A stretch of 63,574 bases of DNA, the filler included, from Octopus bimaculoides (lineage: Eukaryota), in NCBI RefSeq assembly GCF_001194135.2. It is 8 parts of 7 records of this genome, joined end to end, with 100 filler letters (N's around TTAATTAATTAA, not from the genome) between each part and the next. Parts side by side here need not be neighbours in the genome. Positions count along the whole stretch, not along the records: positions 19,794 to 25,837 come from NW_026342296.1; positions 25,938 to 37,246 come from NW_026296218.1; 6 more parts are not named here. One strand, written 5' to 3'. The position numbers were made by a program, and so were the translations under genes. The notes under the pieces are model-generated. The model was not told the origin of the DNA and ran no database searches. It worked only from the letters and a program-made list of their open reading frames with translations. Of the stretch, positions 22,900-35,923 are shown one piece after another; the first letter of the stretch is position 1, and every line of letters starts with the position of its first letter.

Positions 22900-23779
22900 A
22901 GAGATACATGTACATATAGATATAGATAAATACGTGTACGTATAGATATATGTGTATATGTATTATTCATTTAAAATGCAGAGATGCCTATAATAGGACA
23001 TCTAACTTATATCATACATATATATGGATATATATAAAGATCTGTATATGGATGTATGTATATATGTATACATATATATATATATATGTCTATATATGTA
23101 TGTATATATATGTATATATATATGTGTATATATATGTATATATATTTATGTATATATGTATGTATGTGTATATATGCATGTATATACATATGTATATATG
23201 TGTGTATATATGTATGTATATACGTATGCATGTGTGTATATACGTAAGTATGTATATATATGTATGTAAATATACATATGTATATATAAGATATATATAT
23301 GTGTGTGTGTGTGTATGCGTATGACGTGTATACACATTTATATATTCGTGTATATACGCATACATACACGCTTGTTATGGGGGGGGGTAGAGATATGGGA
23401 AAGAGATGGTGAGAAAAACGAATACAAACTCAAAGACAGATGGAGAGAAAGATAGCGAAATGAGAAGAGAGAAGAGAGGAGCTCAAACAATCTACACACC
23501 ATTTCTACACACATAAAACTGACCTTATACGCACTGTCGTTGTTTACACCCGAAACTATACATGCTAAAGTAAAGAAATTCAAATAAAAAATGAAAGAAA
23601 ACTTGTTTATATAACAGTGAACGAATCACCTACTTTTAGATGGCGAAGACGTGTGTGGCGAATGAACGTGTATATGTGAGCGTGTGGGTTCAGGTATTCA
23701 TGCATGTATGTATTAATGTGTATATACATATATATACATACTAAGAATGCGTGGTTGTGTAATATATATCCGTATATAA

Positions 23780-23811
<32 letters not shown>

Positions 23812-24013
23812 CTGTATGTTTATTTTTATGTATATTACGCGTGGGTGTATAGGCAAGTAAGAAAATGTCTAATATATATATATATATATATGTATATATT
23901 TGTACATATTTCCATATTTATCTATACACCCATGTATATACGCAAATTTGTATTGTGGTATGCGTGTATATATGTATTGCTATATGTATTTCTCTATATA
24001 TACAGACACATAC

Positions 24014-24048
<35 letters not shown>

Positions 24049-24087
24049 NNNNNNNNNNNNNNNNNNNNNNNNNNNNNNNNNNNNNNN

Positions 24088-24133
<46 letters not shown>

Positions 24134-24906
24134 TATATATATATATATATACACACACGCGCGCGTTTTTCAAATAGTATGTGTTTGCGGTCAGAAGCAA
24201 ACGCGTATGTGTAGACATTACAATCTCATATCGACTTGATAAACAAACGGCTACCCTAAAGAATATACATTCACAGACGTACATAACATACATCAATACA
24301 AGGTTACATACATACACACGTACGTACATACATAGATATATATATATATACGAACATATATACATACACACACACATACATGCACACATACATGCATGCA
24401 CACATACATACACACATGCATACACACAAACATGCATACACTCATACATACACATGTATATAAAAACATATATATATATACACATACATCTATCTCATAT
24501 AGACCCATACACCCATACTCATACGCAGACATTCCGGTATACATAGATACATATAAACACACACGTATAACAGCGCATCCATATACTTTCACAAATACAT
24601 ATAGATACTTGGATACAACTACAACCTGGAGGGGGGGGGCATACACATACGCATACACAACCCCTTTTTTTCACCTGGTTCTTGCCAACATCTTACATAA
24701 CCCTGTGCGTGTATATAAATGTGTGTGCGTGTGTGTGTGTGTGTGTGCGCGCGTGTATGCTTATATATATATATATGTATATATATACACACATGCATAA
24801 ACATGTATATATATACACACACATATATGTACATATATACATATATATGTATAAATACATATACATACATATATGTATATATACATATGTTTGTATATAT
24901 TTGCAT

Positions 24907-24944
<38 letters not shown>

Positions 24945-25248
24945 ATACATACAAACATATATGTATATATATATATATACAAGCATACATATATGTATAT
25001 ATGTAGGCATATAAATGTATATATGTATATATATACACACATATATGTATATATGTACACACATATATATATATAAACACACATATATATGTATATATAT
25101 ATATAAACACACATATATGTACATGTATATATATACACACATATATGTATATATCTATACATACATATATGTATATATTTATACATACACATATATATGT
25201 ATATATGTACACATATATATATATATACACACGCACATATATGCATTC

Positions 25249-25313
<65 letters not shown>

Positions 25314-25450
25314 CACATGCATATGTACATATTTATATACGCATATATTCATAGAGAAACATACGTGTATATATATATGGGCATGTGTGTGTGTGCATGT
25401 ATGTGCTTATAAGCATCTGTGTGTTGTGTATGTATATGTGTAGGAATGTA
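22900..25450. repeat. Long compound (TA)/(TG)/(CA)/(TATG) microsatellite-minisatellite region
   Basis: Seen directly; interrupted by short unique stretches (23370-23700, 24170-24300, 24600-24720). Confidence 0.9.
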
Positions 25451-25936
25451 AGCATGATTAGATTGATAGAGAAAGAGAGAGAGAGAGAGAGGGCGAAAGT
25501 GTAAGCATTAGTACTAAGTATGTACAAAGGGAAATGTTGTGTAGTAAAACTAACAGCAATGCTGACGTAGGTATAAAATAACACACCACCATCGCGTCCA
25601 CATCCGCCACCAGAGCGCATACACACACCTTGGCAACCATGCGCCACCACGCCCTCCAGAACCTGACGAACGCCACCAGCACCCTCATAAACATTACAAA
25701 CTGGGTATGGTGCCATAACCACTGCCGTCACCACCATCACCAGCAGCAGCAGCAACAGCAGCAAGGCGAAAATGTTTAAGAAAGGACCGTTCTTCAGTGC
25801 GACTACGACCATTTTCAGAACCAAGGAACCAAAGCCTNNNNNNNNNNNNNNNNNNNNNNNNNNNNNNNNNNNNNNNNNNNNTTAATTAATTAANNNNNNN
25901 NNNNNNNNNNNNNNNNNNNNNNNNNNNNNNNNNNNN

Positions 25937-26130
25937 NGCCGGTTTTCCGGCTTCTATATTCCCCACCTGTATAGGACGCCAGTCCTTCACAGGGTTACTC
26001 ATTTTTGCCAGCTAAGTGGACTGGAGCAACGTGAAATGAAGTGATTCGCTCAAGACCACAACGCCAAGCCCGGTCCAGAAATCGAAACCACAATATTATG
26101 GTCGTGAATCCAACACCCTAACCATTAAGC
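25937..26130 (-). mobile_element. SINE family C (V-domain-like)
   Basis: The reverse complement carries gtttcgatttc, gtggtcttgagcgaatcact and ctgtgaaggactggcgtcc. Confidence 0.75.
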
Positions 26131-26134
26131 GTAA

Positions 26135-26275
26135 CTTAACTGTTCGACAAAAGAGACCAATAGAAAAAGTAGCAGACATTAAAATAAGTACTGAGCTTGA
26201 TCTGTTAAAGAAAAACGCTTCAAGTTCACACCCCAACATGGCTGCAGTCCAATGACTGAAACAAGTAAATGATAA
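26135..26275 (+). mobile_element. SINE family B tail, degenerate
   Basis: aacatggctgcagtccaatgactgaaacaagtaa. Confidence 0.65.
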
Positions 26276-26767
26276 ATGATATATATATATTTATTTATTT
26301 ATATATCTACTGCATAGGTGTATAAATATTTTCTTTTGATAGGATTCAGTAATCCATTCTGTCATCTATTATTCATACTGCAATCGAGTAACTGCTAATG
26401 TATTCGCGCGAAACCTACGGTATGGGATAAGTGAATTTATTAAAAGAATATATATATACCTATATACATGCACACAAACACACATACACACGCGCGCGCG
26501 CACACCCACACATGCGCGAGTACATAGGTACAAAACAAGGTGGAGAATATGTCACCCGAAAACCAGAGTAAAATGGTGTTTTAACATGTTTCAGAACTAA
26601 GTGCCCGAACGATCAGCCTTCTTATTTATTTATTCATTTGTTTGTTTGTTTTTAATTATGGATTTTGGGGTCTGTTGTAAACTAATCCTTAATGAAGCTG
26701 TTAAAAGGTAGATAATTAGAGAGATAGTTATATACAGACAGATTATGAAAGAGAGAGAAATAGATGG

Positions 26768-26798
<31 letters not shown>

Positions 26799-26801
26799 CA
26801 T

Positions 26802-26836
<35 letters not shown>

Positions 26837-27002
26837 CACGTATGTATGTATGCATATTAACATGCGTGTATGCGCATACATATATAGGTTTGATAGTTAA
26901 ATCAATAGAATAGAACTAAAAACATGATTGTATGCACACATACATACACACACACATATACACATTCACACACGCACACACAATTATTAAATCATTATTA
27001 AT

Positions 27003-27180
27003 GTCTGCCGCTACGTTCTGAGTTCAATTTCCGCCGAGCTCGACTTTGCCTTTCATCCTTTCGGTGCCGATAAATTAAGTACCAGTTGCGTACTGGGTCG
27101 ATGTAATCGACTAGTCCGCTCCCCTCCAAATTTCAGCCCTTGCGCCTTTAGTAGAAAGGATTATTATTATTATTATTATC
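27003..27180 (+). mobile_element. SINE family A, 5'-truncated, in (ATT)n
   Basis: cgttctgagttcaatttccgccgag...gtagaaaggattattatt. Confidence 0.88.
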
Positions 27181-28702
27181 ATCATCATTATTATCTGTGG
27201 AAGTTATAAAGTGGCTCAAGGTGCAACAGTTTCGTGCTTATATGTACATGTTTTTGCGTGCTTGTGTATGCACGCGCACACGTGTGCATGTGTGTGTATG
27301 CGTGTGTGTGTGTATATGTTTATAAGTATGTATGTACGTACGTGAGAGAGAGAGAGAGACAGAGACAGACAGACAGAAAGACAGACGGACGGACGGACAG
27401 AAACTGCGTGTGTTTAAATACTAACCAAGAAACTTATAGCTTTGATGTCAAAGGTGAAATGTCAGTAGGTCAAGTCGCCCCCCCCTCCTCCGGTAGTATT
27501 GTATATTACATAAAGATTAAATGTTCAGTGGTATGGACGTACCACGCAAAGGTGGCGGCGGTGGGGGAGTGGTATTCCCACCATCACCACCACACCACCA
27601 CACCACCAATCTAACCACTTCTGCGTCTAACATTACCAATCCTGTTGCCTGTATNNNNNNNNNNNNNNNNNNNNNNNNNNNNNNNNNNNNNNNNNNNNNN
27701 NNNNNNNNNNNNNNNNNNNNNNNNNNNNNNNNNNNNNNNNNNNNNNNNNNNNNNNNNNNNNNNNNNNNNNNNNNNNNNNNNNNNNNNNNNNNNNNNNNNN
27801 NNNNNNNNNNNNNNNNNNNNNNNNNNNNNNNNNNNNNNNNNNNNNNNNNNNNNNNNNNNNNNNNNNNNNNNNNNNNNNNNNNNNNNNNNNNNNNNNNNNN
27901 NNNNNNNNNNNNNNNNNNNNNNNNNNNNNNNNNNNNNNNNNNNNNNNNNNNNNNNNNNNNNNNNNNNNNNNNNNNNNNNNNNNNNNNNNNNNNNNNNNNN
28001 NNNNNNNNNNNNNNNNNNNNNNNNNNNNNNNNNNNNNNNNNNNNNNNNNNNNNNNNNNNNNNNNNNNNNNNNNNNNNNNNNNNNNNNNNNNNNNNNNNNN
28101 NNNNNNNNNNNNNNNNNNNNNNNNNNNNNNNNNNNNNNNNNNNNCAATCAATCAGGTAAGTCTACTGTAACAAAGGAATGCAATGACCTTGTTATTTGCC
28201 TCAGTCACGCTTCACTGGGTCGACAAGTGGGTTCCACTTGATGTAATTGTTTCCTTCATCTCTTCAACAAACGACAAACATCACAATATGCCTTCACCTT
28301 CCATTGTTGTTGACGGATCGACTGAGAGAGAGAGAGGATGCTTCTAGGCGCCAACTCAATTTGCTAAAAATAACAGCCAAACCGACCTTCTGGTCCAAGT
28401 CAGTCAGGCACATGCTGTCAGTAATTACTCAGGGTAGGCAGTTGGTGACGTTTATGTGGTAAAACACGCACAAAAATAAGCGAAGCACAGACGCGCGACT
28501 GAGTTGGAGGCAGATTTACTTCTGCCTTTATAGTGCGTAGAGAAAACGTTGTTGTAGGAATGTACGCAGCACATGTACTACAGCAGTATAGTGCTTAGAT
28601 TAAATATTATAAATAATATATTCAAAGATATTTTCCCTTGTGGCCATCCTGTCTTTTGTTCCTGGCTATGATATGATTTAAAGGAAAATTTAGCTGCTAA
28701 TA

Positions 28703-28922
28703 TATCCTTTTTTACTCTAGGCACAAGGCCTGAAATTTTGGGGGATGGGACTAGTCGATTAGATCGACACCAGTGTTTCACTGGTACTTAATTCATCGAC
28801 CCCGAAAGAATGAAGGGCAAAGTCGACCTCGGCGGAATTTGAACTCAGAACATAGCGGCAGACGAAATACCGCAAAGTATTTCACCCAGCGTGTTAACCA
28901 ATCTGCAAGCTCACCGCATTAG
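28703..28922 (-). mobile_element. SINE family A
   Basis: actctaggcacaaggcc...atcgaccccgaaag...gaactcagaac. Confidence 0.9.
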
Positions 28923-28932
28923 NNNNNNNNNN

Positions 28933-29135
28933 TCCTTGAGCAGGACACTTTATTTCACGTTGCTCCACTCCACTCAGTCGGCAAGCAAAAACGCACTCTG
29001 TGTCACGCTGAATATTCCTGAGAACTACATTAACGACACGCGTGTCTGCGGAGTGCTCAGCCACATGCAGGTTAATTTCACGAGGAGGCTGTTCCGTTGA
29101 TCAACATGAATACTCATCGTCGCAACCGACGGAGT
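28933..29135 (+). mobile_element. SINE family C body
   Basis: tccttgagcaggacactttatttcacg...cgcaaccgacggagtacc; paralogue at 40122-40420. Confidence 0.8.
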
Positions 29136-29683
29136 ACCAGTTACTGTTGTTGATGTTGTTTGACTCCAGCAGATTTCATTTCAGAATACATTATCAAAAG
29201 ACACTTTCGACTGTCAATATATTTTTTTTTAAAATCCAACTGAAAAACACAAGAGAATCCAGTGCATAATTTGAAGGAGATTTAGTTGTTATTTCTAGCA
29301 TGTCCAGCGACCATGTAAACAGCTGGGTGTGCTGTCGTCGGTGTACGTGGGTGTCGTACGAGAAAACCGAAGCCCAAAAGCACGCAACATCACGAGGTAG
29401 CTTTATCAAACCAGATGTTAGATTCCGGGTACGAGAACTGCAGTCATTTACTATTGGTGGCAAATAAGTGAAATTATTATTATTATTATTATTATTGTTG
29501 TTGTTGTTATTATTGTTATTATTACTATCATCATCATCATCGTCGTCGTCGTCATCATCGTCATAATCGTCATTATCATCAACATCGCCTTCAACGTCAG
29601 CATCACGACCATCGACTTAATTACTATTATAATTAACATTAACATCATCATAATTATTAATAATAAAAACTGCATTTGCATAA

Positions 29684-30447
29684 ATATGTGTGTCAGTGTG
29701 TCTTTGTGTGTGTGTGAAAATAAATATGGCTTGTACAAATAATGAAAGTAGTACTCAATACAAAAAGAGGCAGAGTGCATTTATAGGTCAAATTTGAGAA
29801 ATAGGAACATTCCAAACCTTACGAATCTAATATTGATTTCCAATTGTCTTGAACAGGCGGGTCAAGTGTTCCTCGTCGACGCCCAGATCTTGCCCGAGAA
29901 TGTCGTGGCACCTCCCCTCCACTAATCCTCTATAGAACGCCTTCGTGGAATTGAAGTTGCACAAGTTTGGTCCCGGACGGCAGAGTTGCTTGAGAGCAAA
30001 GCGGCACTCGCGGTGCCATTCGCCTAGCCTCGGTCTCTGTTTGATCCACGATTGCAGTTCNNNNNNNNNNATATGTGTGTCAGTGTGTCTTTGTGTGTGT
30101 GTGAAAATAAATATGGCTTGTACAAATAATGAAAGTAGTACTCAATACAAAAAGAGGCAGAGTGCATTTATAGGTCAAATTTGAGAAATAGGAACATTCC
30201 AAACCTTACGAATCTAATATTGATTTCCAATTGTCTTGAACAGGCGGGTCAAGTGTTCCTCGTCGACGCCCAGATCTTGCCCGAGAATGTCGTGGCACCT
30301 CCCCTCCACTAATCCTCTATAGAACGCCTTCGTGGAATTGAAGTTGCACAAGTTTGGTCCCGGACGGCAGAGTTGCTTGAGAGCAAAGCGGCACTCGCGG
30401 TGCCATTCGCCTAGCCTCGGTCTCTGTTTGATCCACGATTGCAGTTC
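29684..30447. other. Exact 377-bp duplication either side of a 10-N gap (assembly overlap artefact)
   Basis: 29684-30060 is identical to 30071-30447. Confidence 0.85.
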
Positions 30448-30779
30448 GGCCAAAGGGACGAGCTGCAGGAAAGCGCGTCTCACAAACGGCAACCACACCT
30501 GTTCACCGTCGTCGATGAAGCGCCGGAGATGTCGCAGCCTTAGCGCATGTCTGCACATTATCAACGACGGCATGTCCAGCCCTCCATTTAGCGGGTGTTG
30601 ACAGGAAAAGGATCGCCTAACCATCGGAACGCTTCCTTTCCACAAAAAGCGGAATATGCGTTCCAGTTTGGTGATGGTAGGGTCGGGACAAGGCACGACG
30701 GTCAGACGGTAATCGATGACGGATGCGATGTACACGTTCGCTACCTCCGCCCGACCTTTTAGGGATAGCTTCCTCTCGG
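30232..30779 (-). mobile_element. L1/Tx1-clade LINE fragment (post-RT region)
   Basis: SERKLSLKGRAEVANVYIASVIDYRLTVVPCP...FRFLWKG...HPLNGGLDMP is typical of Tx1-like ORF2. Confidence 0.85.
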
Positions 30780-30796
30780 AATAGGGATAACTTCTT

Positions 30797-31180
30797 TGAA
30801 ATGTAATGGAAAATAGGTCAGTTTCAAAACATTGATGTTCCCGTCACAAAAGCAAAGTTTGTAGGGAGGGCAATCATTTACTTCGATTTCCAGACAGAAG
30901 CACGTAGGAAATAGCACTTACTGACCAAAGACAACAAGCAACTCTGGGTATTGAGCAGAATGTTTGCTATAACGATATTTCTGCTTCAGTAACTCATTGC
31001 TGAATCTGTCTGAAATGTAATGGAAAATAGGTAAGTTTCAAAACATTGATGTCCAGGTCACGAAAGCAAAGTTTGAATGGAATAGTTGGTCATTTCTTTT
31101 CATTTCTAGATAAAAACGAATAAAAAATTACACCACTCACTGACCAAAGACACCACAATAGCTCTTGTTGCACAATTTCA
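30797..31180. repeat. Diverged tandem duplication, period about 214 bp
   Basis: tgaaatgtaatggaaaataggt(c/a)agtttcaaaacattgatgt at 30797 and 31011; both units also carry actgaccaaagaca. Confidence 0.8.
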
Positions 31181-31287
31181 TTGTTTCATGATTTTGACGC
31201 AAGGCCAAAAATTTTAAGGGCAAAGGTTCTGATGGTAATTAGTTTTTTGGCCCCGAAAAGATATAACATTATTATTATTAGTAGTAG

Positions 31288-31319
<32 letters not shown>

Positions 31320-31927
31320 GCAATATTTGTTGTGTGAACGACCAGGCTTCGTCACTTCCGGTCAAGGCAATAACAAGACGTCGTGCTGAAGTCAATTTCG
31401 GATTTATTACCTTTAATTAGAGTGGCTCATCGGGAATACCTGAGATCTACACATTTAGGGATTTCTTAGACAATCTGGCATAAGTGTGTGCGCCTGTGTG
31501 TGTGTGTGTGACTGTGAGTGCGCATGCGTGTGTGCGTGTATGGAGGGGTGAATGGGTGTGTGTGCATATTCGTGTATATATATATATATTCGTGAGAGTA
31601 TTTGTGTGTGTGCGCGTGTGTGGCTATGCGTATATGTGTGTGAATTCGTGGCTGTGTGTGCATCTGTATGTGTATATGTTTGTGAGCGTGTACGTATGGA
31701 ATTGGGCGTACATTTGTATGTGTGTATATATGCTTGTTGTGTGTGTAGTTATGTTTGCATACGCGTGTGTATATGTATGTGAGTGTGTGTAGGACTGTGT
31801 GCTCGACTGACTTTCCCTTCTGCCATGTTTTGGGCTGGGTTTCAGTTATTTAGCGATTTTGCCGAACAATATTGCTGTTTGTAATAAAATATTATTATAT
31901 ACGAGTTTCCGCGTCGCGTATGTGTGC

Positions 31928-31962
<35 letters not shown>

Positions 31963-32151
31963 GTTTATATATATATATCGCATATGTGTGCGTATGTGTG
32001 TGTATGTGTGAGTGTTGTTTATATATGTACATATATATATATGTGTGTGTGTGTATGTGTGTGTGTGTTTGTACGTCTCTGTGTCTATGTATGACAGTGT
32101 GTATGAATGTTAGTGCGTATATTTTAAACACCCTTCACACACACACATATA

Positions 32152-32191
<40 letters not shown>

Positions 32192-32672
32192 CAATATGTA
32201 TGTATATGTGTCACGCGCGTGTGTGTGTGCGTATGTGTGTGCAGAGGAGCGATCTATACACATCAGGAGACGGTGGTTATATGTCAATGAAAAATAATGC
32301 GTAGGAGTGAGTGGGTGTATATAAATATGACCTGGCAGAAATTGCAGAGAACACAGAAGGAAACAACATACATATATGTGTGTGTGTGTGTGTGTGTAGA
32401 TATATATTATATATATTGTATATGTATGTGTGTGTGAGTATGTTTGTGCAGGTGTGTGTACGTATGTATACACCAATACATACACATATATCTACAACAC
32501 ATTTATTTATATTTCTATATTGAAAGATAGAAAGAAAGACAGAGAGAGTGAGACAGACAGACAAACAAACTGAGAGATAGATAGATAGATTAGATACATA
32601 CATATATATAAACATGTGATAACATATATACATATATATGTACACAAACATATATAACTATCTATCTATCTA

Positions 32673-32711
<39 letters not shown>

Positions 32712-33562
32712 NNNNNNNNNNNNNNNNNNNNNNNNNNNNNNNNNNNNNNNNNNNNNNNNNNNNNNNNNNNNNNNNNNNNNNNNNNNNNNNNNNNNNNNNN
32801 NNNNNNNNNNNNNNNNNNNNNNNNNNNNNNNNNNNNNNNNNNNNNNNNNNNNNNNNNNNNNNNNNNNNNNNNNNNNNNNNNNNNNNNNNNNNNNNNNNNN
32901 NNNNNNNNNNNNNNNNNNNNNNNNNNNNNNNNNNNNNNNNNNNNNNNNNNNNNNNNNNNNNNNNNNNNNNNNNNNNNNNNNNNNNNNNNNNNNNNNNNNN
33001 NNNNNNNNNNNNNNNNNNNNNNNNNNNNNNNNNNNNNNNNNNNNNNNNNNNNNNNNNNNNNNNNNNNNNNNNNNNNNNNNNNNNNNNNNNNNNNNNNNNN
33101 NNNNNNNNNNNNNNNNNNNNNNNNNNNNNNNNNNNNNNNNNNNNNNNNNNNNNNNNNNNNNNNNNNNNNNNNNNNNNNNNNNNNNNNNNNNNNNNNNNNN
33201 NNNNNNNNNNNNNNNNNNNNNNNNNNNNNNNNNNNNNNNNNNNNNNNNNNNNNNNNNNNNNNNNNNNNNNNNNNNNNNNNNNNNNNNNNNNNNNNNNNNN
33301 NNNNNNNNNNNNNNNNNNNNNNNNNNNNNNNNNNNNNNNNNNNNNNNNNNNNNNNNNNNNNNNNNNNNNNNNNNNNNNNNNNNNNNNNNNNNNNNNNNNN
33401 NNNNNNNNNNNNNNNNNNNNNNNNNNNNNNNNNNNNNNNNNNNNNNNNNNNNNNNNNNNNNNNNNNNNNNNNNNNNNNNNNNNNNNNNNNNNNNNNNNNN
33501 NNNNNNNNTATATATATATATATATATATGTTCAAATATACATATGTTCATATATATGTATA

Positions 33563-33725
33563 AGGCAGGAGTGGCTGTGTGGTAAGACGCTTGCTTCTCA
33601 ACCACATGGTTCCGGGTTCAGTCCCACTGCGTGGTACCTTGGACAAGTGTCTTCTACTATAGCCGCGGGCCAACCAAAGCCTTGTGAGTGGATTTGGTGG
33701 ACGGAAACTGAAAGAAGCTCATCGT
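33563..33725 (+). mobile_element. SINE family B, 5' half
   Basis: ggcaggagtggctgtgtggtaag...ccttggacaagtgtcttc...gaaagaagc. Confidence 0.9.
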
Positions 33726-34597
33726 ATATAAATATATATTATCGTAAAAAGCGTTTTAACAAACTATTATTGAATGAAAATAAACTAAAGTTAGTTCGCA
33801 AGAAAGTTCTTATGGCAGTAATTTGCGTGTAAAGCAAACTTAATTTAAAAGGACTCATTTCATTGGTTGGAAAATATACTAGCCGAAGCCGTCTTGGTTT
33901 TTGACCGAAAATTACTCCAAAAGAATGTTTCTGGGCGCTTCTAGAAATTTCCAATGACGGTTATATAGACCACAACTTCTCCATGATTTTCAGTGACATT
34001 TGCGCTGTCCTCACGAAGCTATGTCACTCAGAACCTTGCGGGTCTCTTGGTTTTGAAATGTCTCTGACACGTAACAGACGCGGCATTAATCTCTATTATG
34101 ATCTTAAGTCATTCGTGTAAACTTTTTTCCTTAGAATACTTTGATGGATTAGTTCAAGAATTCTATTCTTGTCCTCTCTTCACGACAAGTTATCTTTTAG
34201 AAAAGAAAAATAAAACGTTTTTCATTACATTGCTTTGGCTTAATCCTTAAGAGAACAGTTTGAGATTACACCGGATATATATTTTGTAATTATAATTAGT
34301 TATCTCTATAAAATAAAGCAAGTATTGGTCAAGATAATTCGACTCTGATCTTTTGCATTCAATAATGCTCGTTTTATTAAATACTTCAAGTTGCAAGAGA
34401 AAGCCATAATAGAAAAAAGATTTATGCAACTTTATGCGACATATTCAGTTTCTTTTCAGTTAAAAACCTTTCGGAGGTGTTCCACCAAGACACATTATTA
34501 CCTGCTAAAATTAACTGATCTTGTTAGTTGAACTGGTGACCCCTAGATCACTAGAACCATTGGACTGACTACCAGAACTCAACTATCTAGTTCAGTT

Positions 34598-34660
<63 letters not shown>

Positions 34661-35255
34661 NNNNNNNNNNNNNNNNNNNNNNNNNNNNNNNNNNNNNNNN
34701 NNNNNNNNNNNNNNNNNNNNNNNNNNNNNNNNNNNNNNNNNNNNNNNNNNNNNNNNNNNNNNNNNNNNNNNNNNNNNNNNNNNNNNNNNNNNNNNNNNNN
34801 NNNNNNNNNNNNNNNNNNNNNNNNNNNNNNNNNNNNNNNNNNNNNNNNNNNNNNNNNNNNNNNNNNNNNNNNNNNNNNNNNNNNNNNNNNNNNNNNNNNN
34901 NNNNNNNNNNNNNNNNNNNNNNNNNNNNNNNNNNNNNNNNNNNNNNNNNNNNNNNNNNNNNNNNNNNNNNNNNNNNNNNNNNNNNNNNNNNNNNNNNNNN
35001 NNNNNNNNNNNNNNNNNNNNNNNNNNNNNNNNNNNNNNNNNNNNNNNNNNNNNNNNNNNNNNNNNNNNNNNNNNNNNNNNNNNNNNNNNNNNNNNNNNNN
35101 NNNNNNNNNNNNNNNNNNNNNNNNNNNNNNNNNNNNNNNNNNNNNNNNNNNNNNNNNNNNNNNNNNNNNNNNNNNNNNNNNNNNNNNNNNNNNNNNNNNN
35201 NNNNNNNNNNNNNNNNNNNNNNNNNNNNNNNNNNNNNNNNNNNNNNNNNNNNNNN

Positions 35256-35286
<31 letters not shown>

Positions 35287-35790
35287 TTTTCTTTCCTTTC
35301 CTGAGCGCCCAATAACACTGTACTTATTCCACGTCCTCATCATCATCACCATTATCATCCCCATCATCATCATCATCATCATCTATCATCATCGTCATCA
35401 GTGGCAGCACTAATTGAGAAACAACGACATCGACAAACATCACAAACAATTCCACGAACAACATCTGCAAAGGTTTAGAGCCCCATCTATTGAATAACAA
35501 TTGATGGAAACAGCACTGGAAATTGTCCTCGCTCGCTTTTTGTCTTTCGGAGGGGATATGTGTGTCGTTGTTGTTGTTGTTAGTGCTTTAGTCGTTGTTA
35601 TTTTCGTTGTTCTTGTGGGTTGTGCTTGCTGTTGTTTATGGACGTTGCTGTTTTTATATATCTCGATGTTAGCTGGACTGTAACATTGAGTCTAACATTT
35701 GCTGCAATATTAACATAACCTTGAGGGTAAGATTTCATATAACATCCGATTGTATATATATACACACACAAACATGAATACATACATACA

Positions 35791-35823
<33 letters not shown>

Positions 35824-35923
35824 GTATATATATTTGACAGGAAGGACAACAAAAGAAAGAAAGAGACCTCGATATTATGCAAATAGAGGAATTTATCTGT
35901 AAAAATATGTGACACTTATTCAG

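Noticed and set aside
22950-25443. Many overlapping YI/CV/HT-rich ORFs
   Set aside because: Dinucleotide repeats lack stop codons; there is no coding signal.
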